Translations under genes and position numbers: made by a program | NCBI GenBank assembly: GCA_951406725.2 | Contig: OX597823.1 | Span: 55,118,001-55,182,000 of the forward strand | Reading direction: 5' to 3' | Source: Octopus vulgaris | Lineage: Eukaryota | Length of the DNA stretch: 64,000 nucleotides | Notes under the pieces: generated by a model | Database searches by the model: none | Told to the model about the DNA's origin: nothing | The model's input: the letters and a program-made list of their open reading frames with translations, nothing else | Part shown: piece by piece, positions 40,447-53,020 of the stretch | Layout of the letters: each line of letters opens with the position of its first letter | How positions within the stretch are numbered: the first letter of the stretch is position 1

Positions 40447-41606
40447 TATTTTAGAAAATCGTGCAGTCCTAGAAAGAAAGTCGAGACCTTATGCTCTTGA
40501 GCCCATAAGCACCACCACTAAATTATTGTTTCTTTACAATATATGGAATCTCTCATTCCGTTATTTCTAGTATTATCATGGCCCATATTAAGTCATGATC
40601 CGACAACAGAGATTCAAGACATTCAATACGATTTCCCTTTGGAGGAGCAAAATGAGGTGCTACAAAGATGAGGTGCCACAGCAGTAATGTACTGAACTGT
40701 TACTATGCAAGACACGTACAACGTATATCGTATAAGAATGAAACCAGGTAATATGTAGAATCATGTTTTATAAGTACCCAAAGAAGACCAAACAGTGAAC
40801 ATAAACAAACTAAGATGATTATGGACGTATTTTGGTTGAATGAGAGTAATCTATAGTAGCTACTAATAATTAAATTCAATAACAAGGGAAGATGAAAAGG
40901 TAATATTACAAGCCCTACCTTAGGAAATAATAATATGCCAAAGGCATAAAGTTGTTTATGGCATCCTATTTTTCACGTGTAGAATAATTCAGAGAATTTG
41001 ATAAGATACGTAATGGAATAAATTTTAAAAATGTTGGAAATCTTCGTTCGAAAAGGGGACGTGTTGGTAAAATGAAAATAGTTTGATGTTGGATAAAACC
41101 AGGAAGGATAATAAAAAAAAATGTACGATTAGTAATGATGAAGTACAATGAATATATTGGAAAGTATTTGGGTCAGATAGGTGAATAAATAAACGAATAA
41201 GAGGAAATATAAAATATATAATGAAATAAGATTAAATAGATATCAAATTTACAATAGGGGTAAATAAAGCGAGATGAAGAGACAGGGAAGAAATGAGTTA
41301 AGCGTTTGATTAAAATGGAGTGAATGAAGTGAGATCGGTTATAAGAAAACAAAGATGATGTGAATGGAATGTGTTAAAGGAAGAGACAATGAACTACATT
41401 AAAAGTAAAATGAACGAAAAGTATATAAATAGAAGTAAAGATTTAGAAGGTCAAGAAAAATGTATATGGAGATTAATACTGTAATAGGAAAAATAGATTA
41501 AAATAGTTAATCGAAAAAGTTTGACAAATTATTTATATGTAAGTATATATACATTTACGTATGTTTATCTCTCTCTCTCTCTCTCCACACACATACACAC
41601 ACACAT

Positions 41607-41648
<42 letters not shown>

Positions 41649-42624
41649 AGAGATAGATACGATTTAACGTACACAGTATAAAGATAAGAGCTACGAATAG
41701 TTTCTTACTGTTAAGACACGTAGCTAGGTAGGATTATTCTTTTATAACGTGTCTTATGTCTCTACGCAATTTTCAGGCTTTGAACTTATACGTGAGAAAC
41801 TACGAGGAAAAACAAGATAAAACGAGAAGGTTGATGCAAAAAGTGGAAGGGTGAATAAAAACGGAAAAAGAAAAGTAAGGCAATTAAAGTTACGTCTCCT
41901 TCGACCGTAGAAGCCAACGTTTTGGATTTGTATCTAAGACTACAGCCACTTATGTATAAAATGCGCTCTTTTTATATACAAGACGGTTGATTTAACATAG
42001 AACTCACTGTGAAAATCCAGTGTGATTTAAGATAGATTTAGTGGCCATTTCTAACATGTCAAATGATCAAAGGACTCGTTGTTGCGAGTTGTTAAGAATT
42101 ATTTATGGAAGTGGCTAAGGGGACAACACAATTTTATCCGAGAATGGACACGATCCGTCCGTCAACCACTGAGTTCGCTGAACAACGGCACATTATCGCT
42201 TTGCTTGTCCACATTCACAAATGCGAATATTGATCGCTAACAGTGGTACAAGATCACACATTTGACAAGGGAGCGTGGGCGAGTGGAGAGGGGGGTTATA
42301 ATTTATTAAATGAACTCCAGTACTTGACAGATATTTTATTTTATCGACTTTGGACGGATGAAAGAGCAAAGTTGATCTCGACAGAATTTGAACACAGAAC
42401 GCCAAGGGCCATAACTTAAGTTAAGTTCTCAACGGATATTGACCTCACTTATTATCTGCCACATGAGATAATTGTCAAGGTCAATTAGTTAGTTGAGGTC
42501 AACTAGTTAGTTGTCACAGCCTATGCCACCAATTATCCAGTGTGCTACCAATTATCCAATATTTCTAAATCGAGCACCAAACTTTAGGTATGAAATTATT
42601 GAAACAATTAAGTTCGTGCCGTAT

Positions 42625-42702
42625 GAGAGAAATTAAGGTGAATTCTACATTCTAAGATATATATATATATATATATATCTTAGAATGTAGAATTGACCTT
42701 AA

Positions 42703-42710
<8 letters not shown>
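42625..42710. repeat. Palindrome: 33-bp arms around (AT)n
   Basis: GAGAGAAATTAAGGTGAATTCTACATTCTAAGA-(TA)n-TCTTAGAATGTAGAATTGACCTTAATCTCTCTC, with 2 mismatches. Confidence 0.9.
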
Positions 42711-42768
<58 letters not shown>

Positions 42769-42935
42769 CACACACACACACGCACATGTGTGTGTATATG
42801 TATATATATATACATATATATATGTGTGTGTGTGTGCGTGTATGTATGTATAGGAAAATAAAGCATATAACGTCCCTCAAATGTGTATACTAATATATAA
42901 GATGCCCATATATGTGGATATAAAGCGTATAGTAT

Positions 42936-43209
42936 TCTTTTATCTTTTACTTGTTTCAGTTATTGGCCAGCAGCCATGTTGGCGCACCACAGTGAAGGGT
43001 TTAGTCGAATACATCGTCCCCAGTACTTTTTTTCTCTAAATCTGGTACTTATTCTATCGGTCTTTTTTGCCGAACCGCTAGACGTAAATAAGCTAATACT
43101 GGTTATTAAGCAGTGGTAGAAAACAAACACAAGACTGATCCATTCATTCATACATACATACATACATACATACATACATACATACATACATACATACATA
43201 CATACATAC

Positions 43210-43240
<31 letters not shown>

Positions 43241-43425
43241 TACATACATACATACATACATACATACATACATACATACATACATACATACATACATACA
43301 TACACACATATATATCCACTCACAAGGCTTTTGTTGGCCCGGGGCTATAGGAGAAAACACTTGTCCGAGATGCCGCACAGTGGGACTGAACTCGAGATCA
43401 CATGGATGGGAAGCAAGTTTCATGA
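42936..43425 (-). mobile_element. SINE family B with an internal (TACA)n
   Basis: Reverse-complement tail and head flank the microsatellite. Confidence 0.75.
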
Positions 43426-43852
43426 CGTTTGCATGACATGGATAAGGAACTGAGAGTAGAAATGGTCGAGCAAATTGAGTACGAGTTTGCACTCAGTCCT
43501 TGCCGTTTTTCCGTGTCCACAACAAAATCATTTGATTTCCAACAGCTTTGTTATATTGTAAACAGTGGCAAAGCTAAAGAATTCACAAATGAATTCGTTT
43601 GTCTTAAATCGCCAATTCAATGAATCTCAAGATATAACCCAAACGGAATGGATCAGCGTCCTATCCCTAAATAAGTTCTTGACTTTCATTTTGTTTGATA
43701 TCGATTTCTAACAAAGACACAATCACACACCACGCGCGTGCGAGCGATTTTGGGAGATTGAACAATCCCTTAAATTGACTCCAGTACATGACAAGAACTT
43801 TATGCAATGTAAATTTCGACCCCCACATCTTATAAGATATAGGAGAGAGAAT

Positions 43853-43978
43853 GGCTGAAACAGCTAAGACTCAACTCCCTGGAGCGAAGGCGGGAGAGTT
43901 ATGCTATAATATACATCTGGAAGATCTTGGAAGGAATTGTACCAAATTTTGGCATTGAAAGCTACACCAATGCTAGAA
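43853..43978 (+). pseudogene. Isolated internal fragment of the same LINE family as 62205-63858
   Basis: GGCTGAAACAGCTAAGACTC..CCAAATTTTGGCATTGA.AGCTACACCAATGC matches ~63387-63511. Confidence 0.85.
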
Positions 43979-44612
43979 TGGGTGGTAGTGAGTGAAATGT
44001 GTAATTTATTTTTGAACTAAGCTTTTTTCCTCCGTTACTTAGTCCGTCTGTAACGCTTTCAGGTACTTAGTTGAATGGAAAGACGAAGAACGAAGGAAAA
44101 AGGAAAGAGAAAAAGATGTTAAGGCGAAGAATGAAAGAGAAAGAGGGAGAGTGCTGTGTATTAAGTCTGTAATATTGTACATAAAGTATATAAAGTGCAT
44201 TAAGTAATCATCGTATTCCAATTTCTTTCACTTTTCAATGAATAGCAGATGAGCGACACAACACAAGTTACGCTTTCAGGTCTTTAGGATAGAGTTTCCA
44301 GAAATGCCCCAATAAATTTATCATTAATTTCGTGAAATAGCGGATCCCACTAGTTTGCATTATATTAAGAAAACCCTGTGTTAAACAGTGATTCTTCTAT
44401 GGATCGTTGCCATTCGGCAAAGGACTGAGGCTGTGTACACTGGAGACGGAAACTGGATCATGAAGTTGATTAGCGGCAGAATTGAAGTGAATCAAATTCT
44501 TCCGGGAATCAAAACATAATAGTGAACTCCACTAATCGCCATATTTTTGATATTGGATTCTTTTAAAGGCGCACTCACACACGCACACAATACATATATA
44601 TATATATATAAA

Positions 44613-44703
44613 GTTAATCCAAACGGGAAAACAGAAAAAACAACAACACGTGGAACAATTACAGTATTATTATTATTAGGCGCTCAGGAAAAAGGAAGAA
44701 GGA
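44613..44703 (-). mobile_element. Truncated copy of the Penelope-like terminal repeat at 50905-51111
   Basis: GTTAATCCAAAC..GTGGAACAA..GCGCTCAGGAA..GGAAGAAGG is the reverse complement of ~51014-51110. Confidence 0.65.
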
Positions 44704-45016
44704 AATATGTTTGTGTGTATGTGTTTGTGTGTGTGTGTGTATATATATGTACACACATACATATTAACATATATATATATATGTATATATGTTTATATAT
44801 ATATATGTGTGTATGTATTAGAAGAAATGAGGTACTTAGAAATCTGGATGGTTTTATATTTACAGATATTTATTAGTATGTTACATATTTTTATAAATCA
44901 TATATCATAAAATAGTGCTTCCATCCACTCTAGTGGAGTTGTGAAATATGTGCATGTATATATGTATATATATATATGTACTGTATGTATGTATATGTGT
45001 GTGTGTGTTTGTGTGT

Positions 45017-45093
<77 letters not shown>

Positions 45094-45617
45094 ATCAGTG
45101 CACTTAAGCCAGCTTGCCGACTCACGAAATACGACAGGTTATAGGCGTCCAAAACAAACGAAAGTAGCTAACCGTATTTGGCGTTAAGTGCGTTTATGAT
45201 AATTACCGGAAAATAAAATCCCTCTTGGTGAGTAATCTTTTTATATTGGTTTCGTAATAACCATTTTTGCTGTAGTATTTGTATGTTTGACCTCGTCGAC
45301 CATACAACTTCGCATTGTATGATTACAACATCGACTGATAGTAAATTCTATAAAAATGTCTCGAGCAGAATCAATAGAACGGTAACGTAATCGCTAACAC
45401 ACTTAATGTGGCGGACACGATAACTTTAATAATCGACACTATACCCGTATCGAAGAAAGGTTATTATTGAACAGAATGTTTAAACCAGTGTTTCTCAATT
45501 TATTTGATTTCGTGGTACACTGGAGATCAAATAAAAAAGCAAATTACCAGCGCACTTCACATGGAAAGTTTAAAAAATTATGTTTTAATGTTAAAAAAGA
45601 ATTGGCAATATATACAT

Positions 45618-45658
<41 letters not shown>

Positions 45659-45711
45659 TTATTTTATTATCTATACTTGTATACAGTGGCTTCAGTTTTA
45701 TTATGTACTTA

Positions 45712-45902
45712 TTTTTGGCACAAGATCATTAATTTTAGATGAGTCGATAAGTCGATTAGATTGACTCCAACGCTCAACTGGTACTTATTTTATCGACTCC
45801 GAAGGATGAAAGGCAAAGTCGACCTCTAGGGAATTAAATCTTAGAATGAAAAAAGCTGGATGAAATGCCGAGGCGCTAACGAGTCTGCCAGCTCACCGCC
45901 TT
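45712..45902 (-). mobile_element. SINE family A, possibly within an old hAT MITE (45486-45998)
   Basis: Family A core is clear. CAGTGTTTCTCAA at 45486 has only a weak partner end. Confidence 0.7.
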
Positions 45903-48169
45903 GTACTTGTAGACAATATATTTAACAACACGATTCTTTTAAGACTCTTAAATGCTTAGGGCACCTAGATTTTTTTTTGACACACCAGTGAAGCATTGAC
46001 TTAACACCAACCAAAGGTAACATTTACTAATCAAAATGAAAATTACAAATGTAAGTTTGTTATAATTAATTTTTAATTGATCGGCGCACATTGGTTCAAG
46101 TTTCGTTTATTTATAATTGGAAATAAAATAATCGATGGGTTGTTTAATCCTCAAATCAATCCTGGTCGAACAGAGGTATGATTAAAGATATTCCATTCAG
46201 TTTTTATTTTATCCAAACCTTTTTTGGTAAATTTATAAACGTTTGTAAATGAAATTTAATGACAGTGAATTGATTTGATATGGGAAGTGAAAATCTAATG
46301 TTTTTGAAAATTGTCCTTCTGAGTTAGATAGACAGATAGATGGATAAACAAACTGATAGATAGATAGATAGATAGAGAAGGAGGGGAGAGGAGGAAGAGG
46401 AAGAGGAAGAAGGTTTTAACACTAGGATGCAAGTAATTCGAATGAGAGAAAAGTGGAAGGTTATGTGGAAAGTTAGATGTGACGAGAGAGAGAGGATAAA
46501 ACCAGAAAGCATTGGAGAGGGTTGTATCGGGAAAGTCTGAAATCCAGATATTACCCTTATGCTAAATTATCCTATGTGCCTTTTCTAAGATTGAATGGTA
46601 TAATTCGAGGGACACTTAATTGTTATTTCTAATAAAATTATCGGCCACATAAGGGCTACATTTTAACGCGTTGAGCGGCTATTTCAATGAGAGCTTGAGT
46701 ACTTCCGTTTCACTTATCGACTTGACACTGGATTTAACTAATGAATTGAAAACCAGATGAATTATAGTTGCACAAATTGCGATGGAATTTTCATACATCC
46801 TTTCCTTTTCACATCCTTTCAAATCTTAAGGAAGTCATCGACGCTGATCAAGAAGAATACTTCTAAACGGTCGTTCGACTTGTGAGAAATAGCTACCAAA
46901 TCTCCTTCAAATCACATACTATGGTCTTAAAAACAGGATAACATGGTGGATAATATAGTCGTATGTACACTATGGCAGAACATTCAAATCTAGATAGCCA
47001 AGTCTTTAATCTCTTTCATCATAGGTCGTCTAGATCAGAGCTGGCCTCCGCTAGGTGACAATATCAATAAATTTAACAAATGAACAATTCTAAATACACA
47101 AGCACATAAATACACACGTCCATATATTCATACATACACACATACATACTTCAATCCATGCATGCATGCATACATACATACATACATACATACATACATA
47201 CATACATACATACATACATACATACATTACATACATAGAATTAATCAGTCAGCCAAGGCATAAACACGTACAAACGAACACGTACTCGCGTGCACCTTCC
47301 TCCACCACATTCTTTTTCTCTGTTTATTAGAAATTTTGCTAGATTCAGATTTCTTGATTTCATATTTCTACACTCGTCATGCGTGCAAGCGGATCTCTTC
47401 TTATCTCACTTCGAACTACATCTCCACATTCTCCAAACCCAGTAGCTATTCTTGGAATATGATTTCCTTCTTTTTCTCAAATACTTGTGATAAATCTGTA
47501 GCTTTTACACAAGTTCCCGGAGTTCTTCTTCATATTGTGAATAGGGCAAACAGAGAAACAATTATCAAGGACAGTAAAGTAATCTTTCCTCTCGTTTACC
47601 TAATCAATACTGTTTCCTTGCAGAATATTCGCTTCTGTTTAATTTACAGTTCAGCAAACAGGTCGATATAGAGGACAAACCCTCGATCACCTTCCAACTT
47701 CCTATTGCCATAGTTGGAAATATCTGTGTGTCTCTATGAATATGTGTATGTGTGTAAATGCTTGTAGTGATAGAAGACGTGGGGAGTGTTCAGGTGTTGT
47801 TAAATGCTCACCAAACGCAGCTTACCTTTCCCCTCGGCTCTCATTAATGTTGTCAGTATGACAAATAAAGGTAAAGTTCACTCAGCATTTTTGAAGTATC
47901 CTTCTTTCAATTATTCATTATCGCTATTTTACGCTCCACTGAAATTGATGTTTAACCCTAGGTCAACTGGTATCATCAATCCCATTGTATTTTCAAATTT
48001 AGTGTATCTAGATGCATATCGTCCTCAATGCCACGTCTTTCTTAAAATGGTGGGTGAGTATAAGCGCGGGAACGAAACTTCTTTAAAGGGTGCAAATACA
48101 GGCCCAATGTCGGTTTTTTTTTCAATCTTAATATCAAAACAAACACAGGTATAATAATATTCACAATAA

Positions 48170-48865
48170 TCCTTTCTACTAAAGACACAAAGCTTGGAAT
48201 TTTGTGAGAAGGGTCTAGTCGATTACATCGACCCCAGTGTTTCACTGGTACATAATTTATTGACCTTGAAAGGATGAAAGGCATAATCGACCCCAGCAGA
48301 ATTTGAACTCAGAACATGAAGACGGACGAAGCATTTCGCCCGGCGTGCCAACGAATTTATCAGCTTGCTGCCTTAGCAATTATAATAACAATGGTTTCAA
48401 ATTTTTCCACAAAGGCAGCCACTTTTGGGGAGGGGATGTGTCGATTACATCGACTCCTGTGTTCAACTGGTACTTAATGTATCGACTCTGATCCTTATCA
48501 AAGGCAAAGTCGACCTCGGCAGAATTTAAACTGAGAACGTAGCGGTAGACGAAATACCTATTTCTTTACTACCCACAAGGGGCTAAACACAGAGAGGACA
48601 AACAAGTGCGTAACTAATACTTATTTAATCGACCCCGAATGGATGAAAGGCAAAGTCGACCTCAACGGAATTTGAACTCAGAACGTAGCGGCAGACGAAA
48701 TACGGCTACGCATTTCGCCCGGCGTGCTAACGATTCTGCCAGCTCGCCGCCTTGCACGGTTATAATGATTAAAATCATTGCTTTCTATTCTAGGCACATG
48801 GCCCGAAATTTTGAGGGAGGAGACCAGCCGATTAGATCGACCCCAGTACGCAACGGGTACTTAAT
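48170..48865 (-). mobile_element. SINE family A cluster, including a dimer at 48392-48752
   Basis: Repeated cores; dimer junction AGACGAAATACCTATTTCTTTACTACCCAC at ~48547. Confidence 0.8.
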
Positions 48866-49283
48866 GTTGTGCAGAAGCAGAATGGCCTATAGTACTTAGT
48901 TATTATCTTATTCTTTTACTGATTTCAATAATTCACTGCGGCCATTCTGGAGTACCCCGTTTACGCTTTCAAGGGTTTGTTTTTATCCATCATGTCTATT
49001 GTAGTCAGGTATTTATTTTATTGATCCCTATTTATCGAACAGTTGGTTTACCTTTTCTGATCAAAGGGAAATGCAACTCGACATATCCGTAGTTGTAATG
49101 ACACGCTCAGACTGGCATCTACATACGCATGCGCGCGCACACATATACAGACACACACACACACACACAGATACACATACACACGCGCGCACACACACAT
49201 ACACGCACAAACGCACATCGCATATATATATATATATATATATATTATATACATATATATATATATATATATACATATATATG

Positions 49284-49333
<50 letters not shown>

Positions 49334-49337
49334 TATG

Positions 49338-49377
<40 letters not shown>

Positions 49378-49381
49378 CATA

Positions 49382-49445
<64 letters not shown>

Positions 49446-49587
49446 TGTGAGTGCGCGTGTGTGCAAGCAATAACCGTGACTCCGACAAAACATTTTGTGG
49501 AACTCACGGTTATTGATTAAATATCTCGACTCTCAGTCAATAGCCGGACGATATTTGTTTGAACCTGTCACCTCCTTCTATACTATT

Positions 49588-49648
<61 letters not shown>

Positions 49649-49914
49649 TGTCTATATATCATGCTAATCTAATGCAACTCACTTACAGTGAGATGGTCTC
49701 CCCTGTCAGTTCAAGTAGAACGTGCCTTTTGTGGCTAAAGAGCCTGTGGCTCTTATTTGTAGAAATGCCGGTACTCTCTGCACCCTTGGTCACTTTTAGT
49801 GACGGTGAATTATTTCCCTTTTGGCTTTAAATTGCGTCTAGCCACCTTAATTATTTTGTACGCACGCACGCACACGCACACACACACAATTATATCTAAA
49901 TATATTCATATATA

Positions 49915-50860
49915 GTGGAGGCGCAATGGCCCAGTGGTTAGGGCAGCAGACTCACGGTCGTAGGCGGCGAGCTGGGAGAAACGTTAGCACGCCGGGTGAA
50001 ATGCTTACCGGTATTTCGTCTGCCGCTACGTTCTGAGTTCAAATTCCGCCGAGGTCGACTTTGCCTTTCATCCTTTCGTGGTCGATTAAATAAGTATCAG
50101 TTACGCACTGGGCTCGATATAATCGACTTAATCCTTTTGTCTGTCCTTGTTTGTCCTCTCTGTGTTTAGCCCCTTGTAGGTAGTAAAGAAATAGGTATTT
50201 CGGCTACCGCTATGTTATGAGTTCAAATTCCGCCGAGGTCGACTTTGCCTCTCATCCTTTCGGGGTCGATAAATTAAGTACCAATTACGCACTGGGGTCG
50301 ATATAATCGACTTAATCCGTTTGTCTGTCCTTGTTCGTCCTCTCTGAGTTTAGCCCCGTGTGGGTAGTAAAGAAATAGAAATAGGTATTTCGTCTGTGTA
50401 TATGATCTGAGTTCAAATTTCTCCGAGATCGATGAATTATGTAGCAGTTGCGTACTGGGATCAATGTGATCGACTGCCCCCGCAAAAAAAAAAAAAAATT
50501 CGTGTCTTGTGGCTAGAGTAGAAAAGGATCACAGTTTCGATTAACAGATCGGGCGTTGTGAATGTTTATTCAGCGAAAACACCTATAGGTTCACGGGCCT
50601 TCGGCAAGGGTTGGTGGAGAACCCTGCTGTACTCTTTCACCACAACTTTCTCTCAGTCTTTCTTCCTGTTTCTCTTGTACCTGTATTTGAAAGGGCCAGC
50701 TTTGTCACACTCTGTATCACGCTGAATCTCCCTGAGAACTACGTTAAGGATACACATGTCTGTGGAGTGCTCAGTCACTTGCACGTTAATTTCACGAGCA
50801 AGCTGTTCCGATGATCGTATCAGCTGGGACCCTCGTTGTCATAACCGACGGAGTGCTCCT
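49915..50860 (+). mobile_element. tRNA-derived SINE family D, split between its A and B boxes by a family A trimer
   Basis: GGAGGCGCAATGGCCCAGTGGTTAGGGCAGC..GTAGG | insertion | ATCACAGTTTCGATT...; the body ends at ACCGACGGAGTGCTCC. Confidence 0.7.
49963..50527 (+). mobile_element. SINE family A trimer
   Basis: One head and three cores. Junctions AAAGAAATAGGTATTTCG at ~50185 and ~50378. The last unit has tail type 2. Confidence 0.9.
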
Positions 50861-50904
50861 TATTATTTACATACATACATATGTATGTATGTAAATATAT
50901 ATAT

Positions 50905-51111
50905 GTTACCGCGTGTGTACCGTTGGCGATTTTTTTCCCTCTGTCTTCCCTTCTCTGGATCTTTTCTTTTCCTATGTTTCTGACGAAGAGCTCCGCTCGA
51001 AACGTAAAACCCTCCTTCTTCCCTTCCTTCCTGAGCGTCCAATAATACTCTATTTGTTCCACATCCTCGCGGTGTTGTGTTTTCTCTTTGTGTTTTCATG
51101 TTTGGATTAAC
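50905..51111 (+). mobile_element. Penelope-like terminal repeat (pLTR) remnant
   Basis: Contains a minimal hammerhead, sits between (TA)n tracts, and has a second partial copy at 44613. The Penelope assignment rests on the ribozyme type only. Confidence 0.55.
50976..51010 (+). ncRNA. Minimal type I hammerhead ribozyme
   Basis: GTTT-CTGACGA-A-GAGC-TCC-GCTC-GAAA-C-GTA-AAAC: core CUGANGA and GAAA, stem II GAGC/GCTC, palindromic ACGT stem III, GUA cleavage triplet, stem I GTTT/AAAC. Confidence 0.7.
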
Positions 51112-51237
51112 TATATATATATATTATTGTTATTATTATTGTATAGATATAATTATGATTAAGGGTACTGAGAAATAGCACCTACATGCTAGAGACAGAC
51201 GTCAAATGACGTCTATCTCTAGTATGTATGTGCACGC

Positions 51238-51270
<33 letters not shown>

Positions 51271-51424
51271 CGACGTATTTTGACACTGTTTCGACCTATC
51301 AAATAACATTTCATTTGCAAAGCATTGTTCAGCTCGAGGCAACCGTAGAACTTCTCAAGTTGTGTGGTGGGATTGTTACTCGGAAGCATGTGGCTTTGTG
51401 AAGCGGACTTCTTAACCGCACAAC

Positions 51425-51545
51425 TGTCGAGACACTACATATTTCAAAACTTCCATGCTTCCTGAAATTCACCAACAGAACACCTGGTCCCTTTTGTTTC
51501 TTAGTCGTATGCACCTGAGCACTGTGTAAAACACTTTCATTATTA
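51425..51545 (+). pseudogene. CR1-group LINE 3' tip (same family as 27420-27790)
   Basis: TTCAAAACTTCCATGCTTCCTGA.ATTCACCAACA and GCACCTGAGCACT are shared with that copy. Confidence 0.65.
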
Positions 51546-52525
51546 CTACTTTTGAAGATTATATTTAGTGTTTATCTAATTGAATTTGTACAATGTGACC
51601 TGGTGATTAAGTTTCCAAAGCCCCTTAGAGGCTTTGGCAACCTAAAGATCACATTGTGGACGACAAAATGACAACTGTCGGGAGTTTCCTCTTGTTACCA
51701 GAACGACATTTTACCTTTTATCTTCAGGTTAGCGATATAAGGGCCCGTGGTTTTAATGGTATCTACATTTCTTTTTTCATGTTGCGGCATTCTCAAAGTA
51801 TTTTCTTTAATGTGATGCGCATCAGCGGAGATTCTCTTTGATTCGGATGTATGATGGCCGAACAGTGTGACCGACTTAATATTTGCTGCGTTTGCGCACT
51901 GGATCTCATCTGAAATACAGTGTAAGTATGCACAGAAACAATTAAACGCATACAAGCCGACGATTAATAACTGGCAAATTGAATGAAAACCAGTGATTAC
52001 TATACATAACCAATCTTATGCAATAGTCACAAAGCATCACAAAACTCGACCCAATTCTTCCTCTCACACATTATCTCTCCCTGGCACTTGTGCCCCGTGG
52101 AATTCAATCGACAGCCTTCAATTCTAAACATCTAAAAATTTACTAATTCGAGTATCACAGAATAATTCGACAAGCCAACATGATGAACCCGTAATTAATT
52201 TCTGTCTCTTATTCTCTAAATACCTTTTGTAAAGGTTTTTTTGGGGGTGTTTTTTGCCCGAAAATATCAGGATGAATTATTTCTAAGGTAACATTTCGAT
52301 ATCGTTTTTATTGATATTTTTTTTAATACTTAATGTACGATTTGTTTTGCTATACACTGATTTTTGCACACACATATATAGGTGTTCATATATGTATACA
52401 TAATTACAATTACACATACACATATATACACAGATTCACACGCACAGACTTCTTCTCCACACACACACACACATACACACACATATACATACATACATAC
52501 ATACATACATACATACATACATACA

Positions 52526-52559
<34 letters not shown>

Positions 52560-53020
52560 CATATATATATATACACGCACACATACAAAACATACTATCA
52601 CCAATGTTTGCACTAAATATTAATTGCACTACAACTATACACTAATCCCACTCTTCGATATCAGTTTAAATCGTATCTGGAAAAGCTAGAGACAATCTTT
52701 TCTTTTCTCTCCAGAAATCATCTATTGGAAGTTCAACCTTGGATTATCTGTATTAACTGTCTCTTTCTCTCACTCTTGCTCTCTCTCTCTCTCCCTCTTT
52801 CTTTCTCTTTCTCTTTTACTCCTCTGTCACGTTATTCTTCGTTCAACTTCTGTCCTTGCTGACATCAAAAATAAATGTTATCTTTTCCAACCAGCCGTCA
52901 CCACAAAATGAACTCGTCTTTTTTTTAAACGTGAAAATAATTGTTTCTATACTATTTAATTTTATATCCTCCATTCTTCGTTGCGTTATCAATATGTCAT
53001 TTGCTTTTAAAATATATTTA

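Noticed and set aside
45486-45998. hAT MITE as a separate feature
   Set aside because: The left TIR is clear, but the right TIR and TSD are too degraded to support boundaries.
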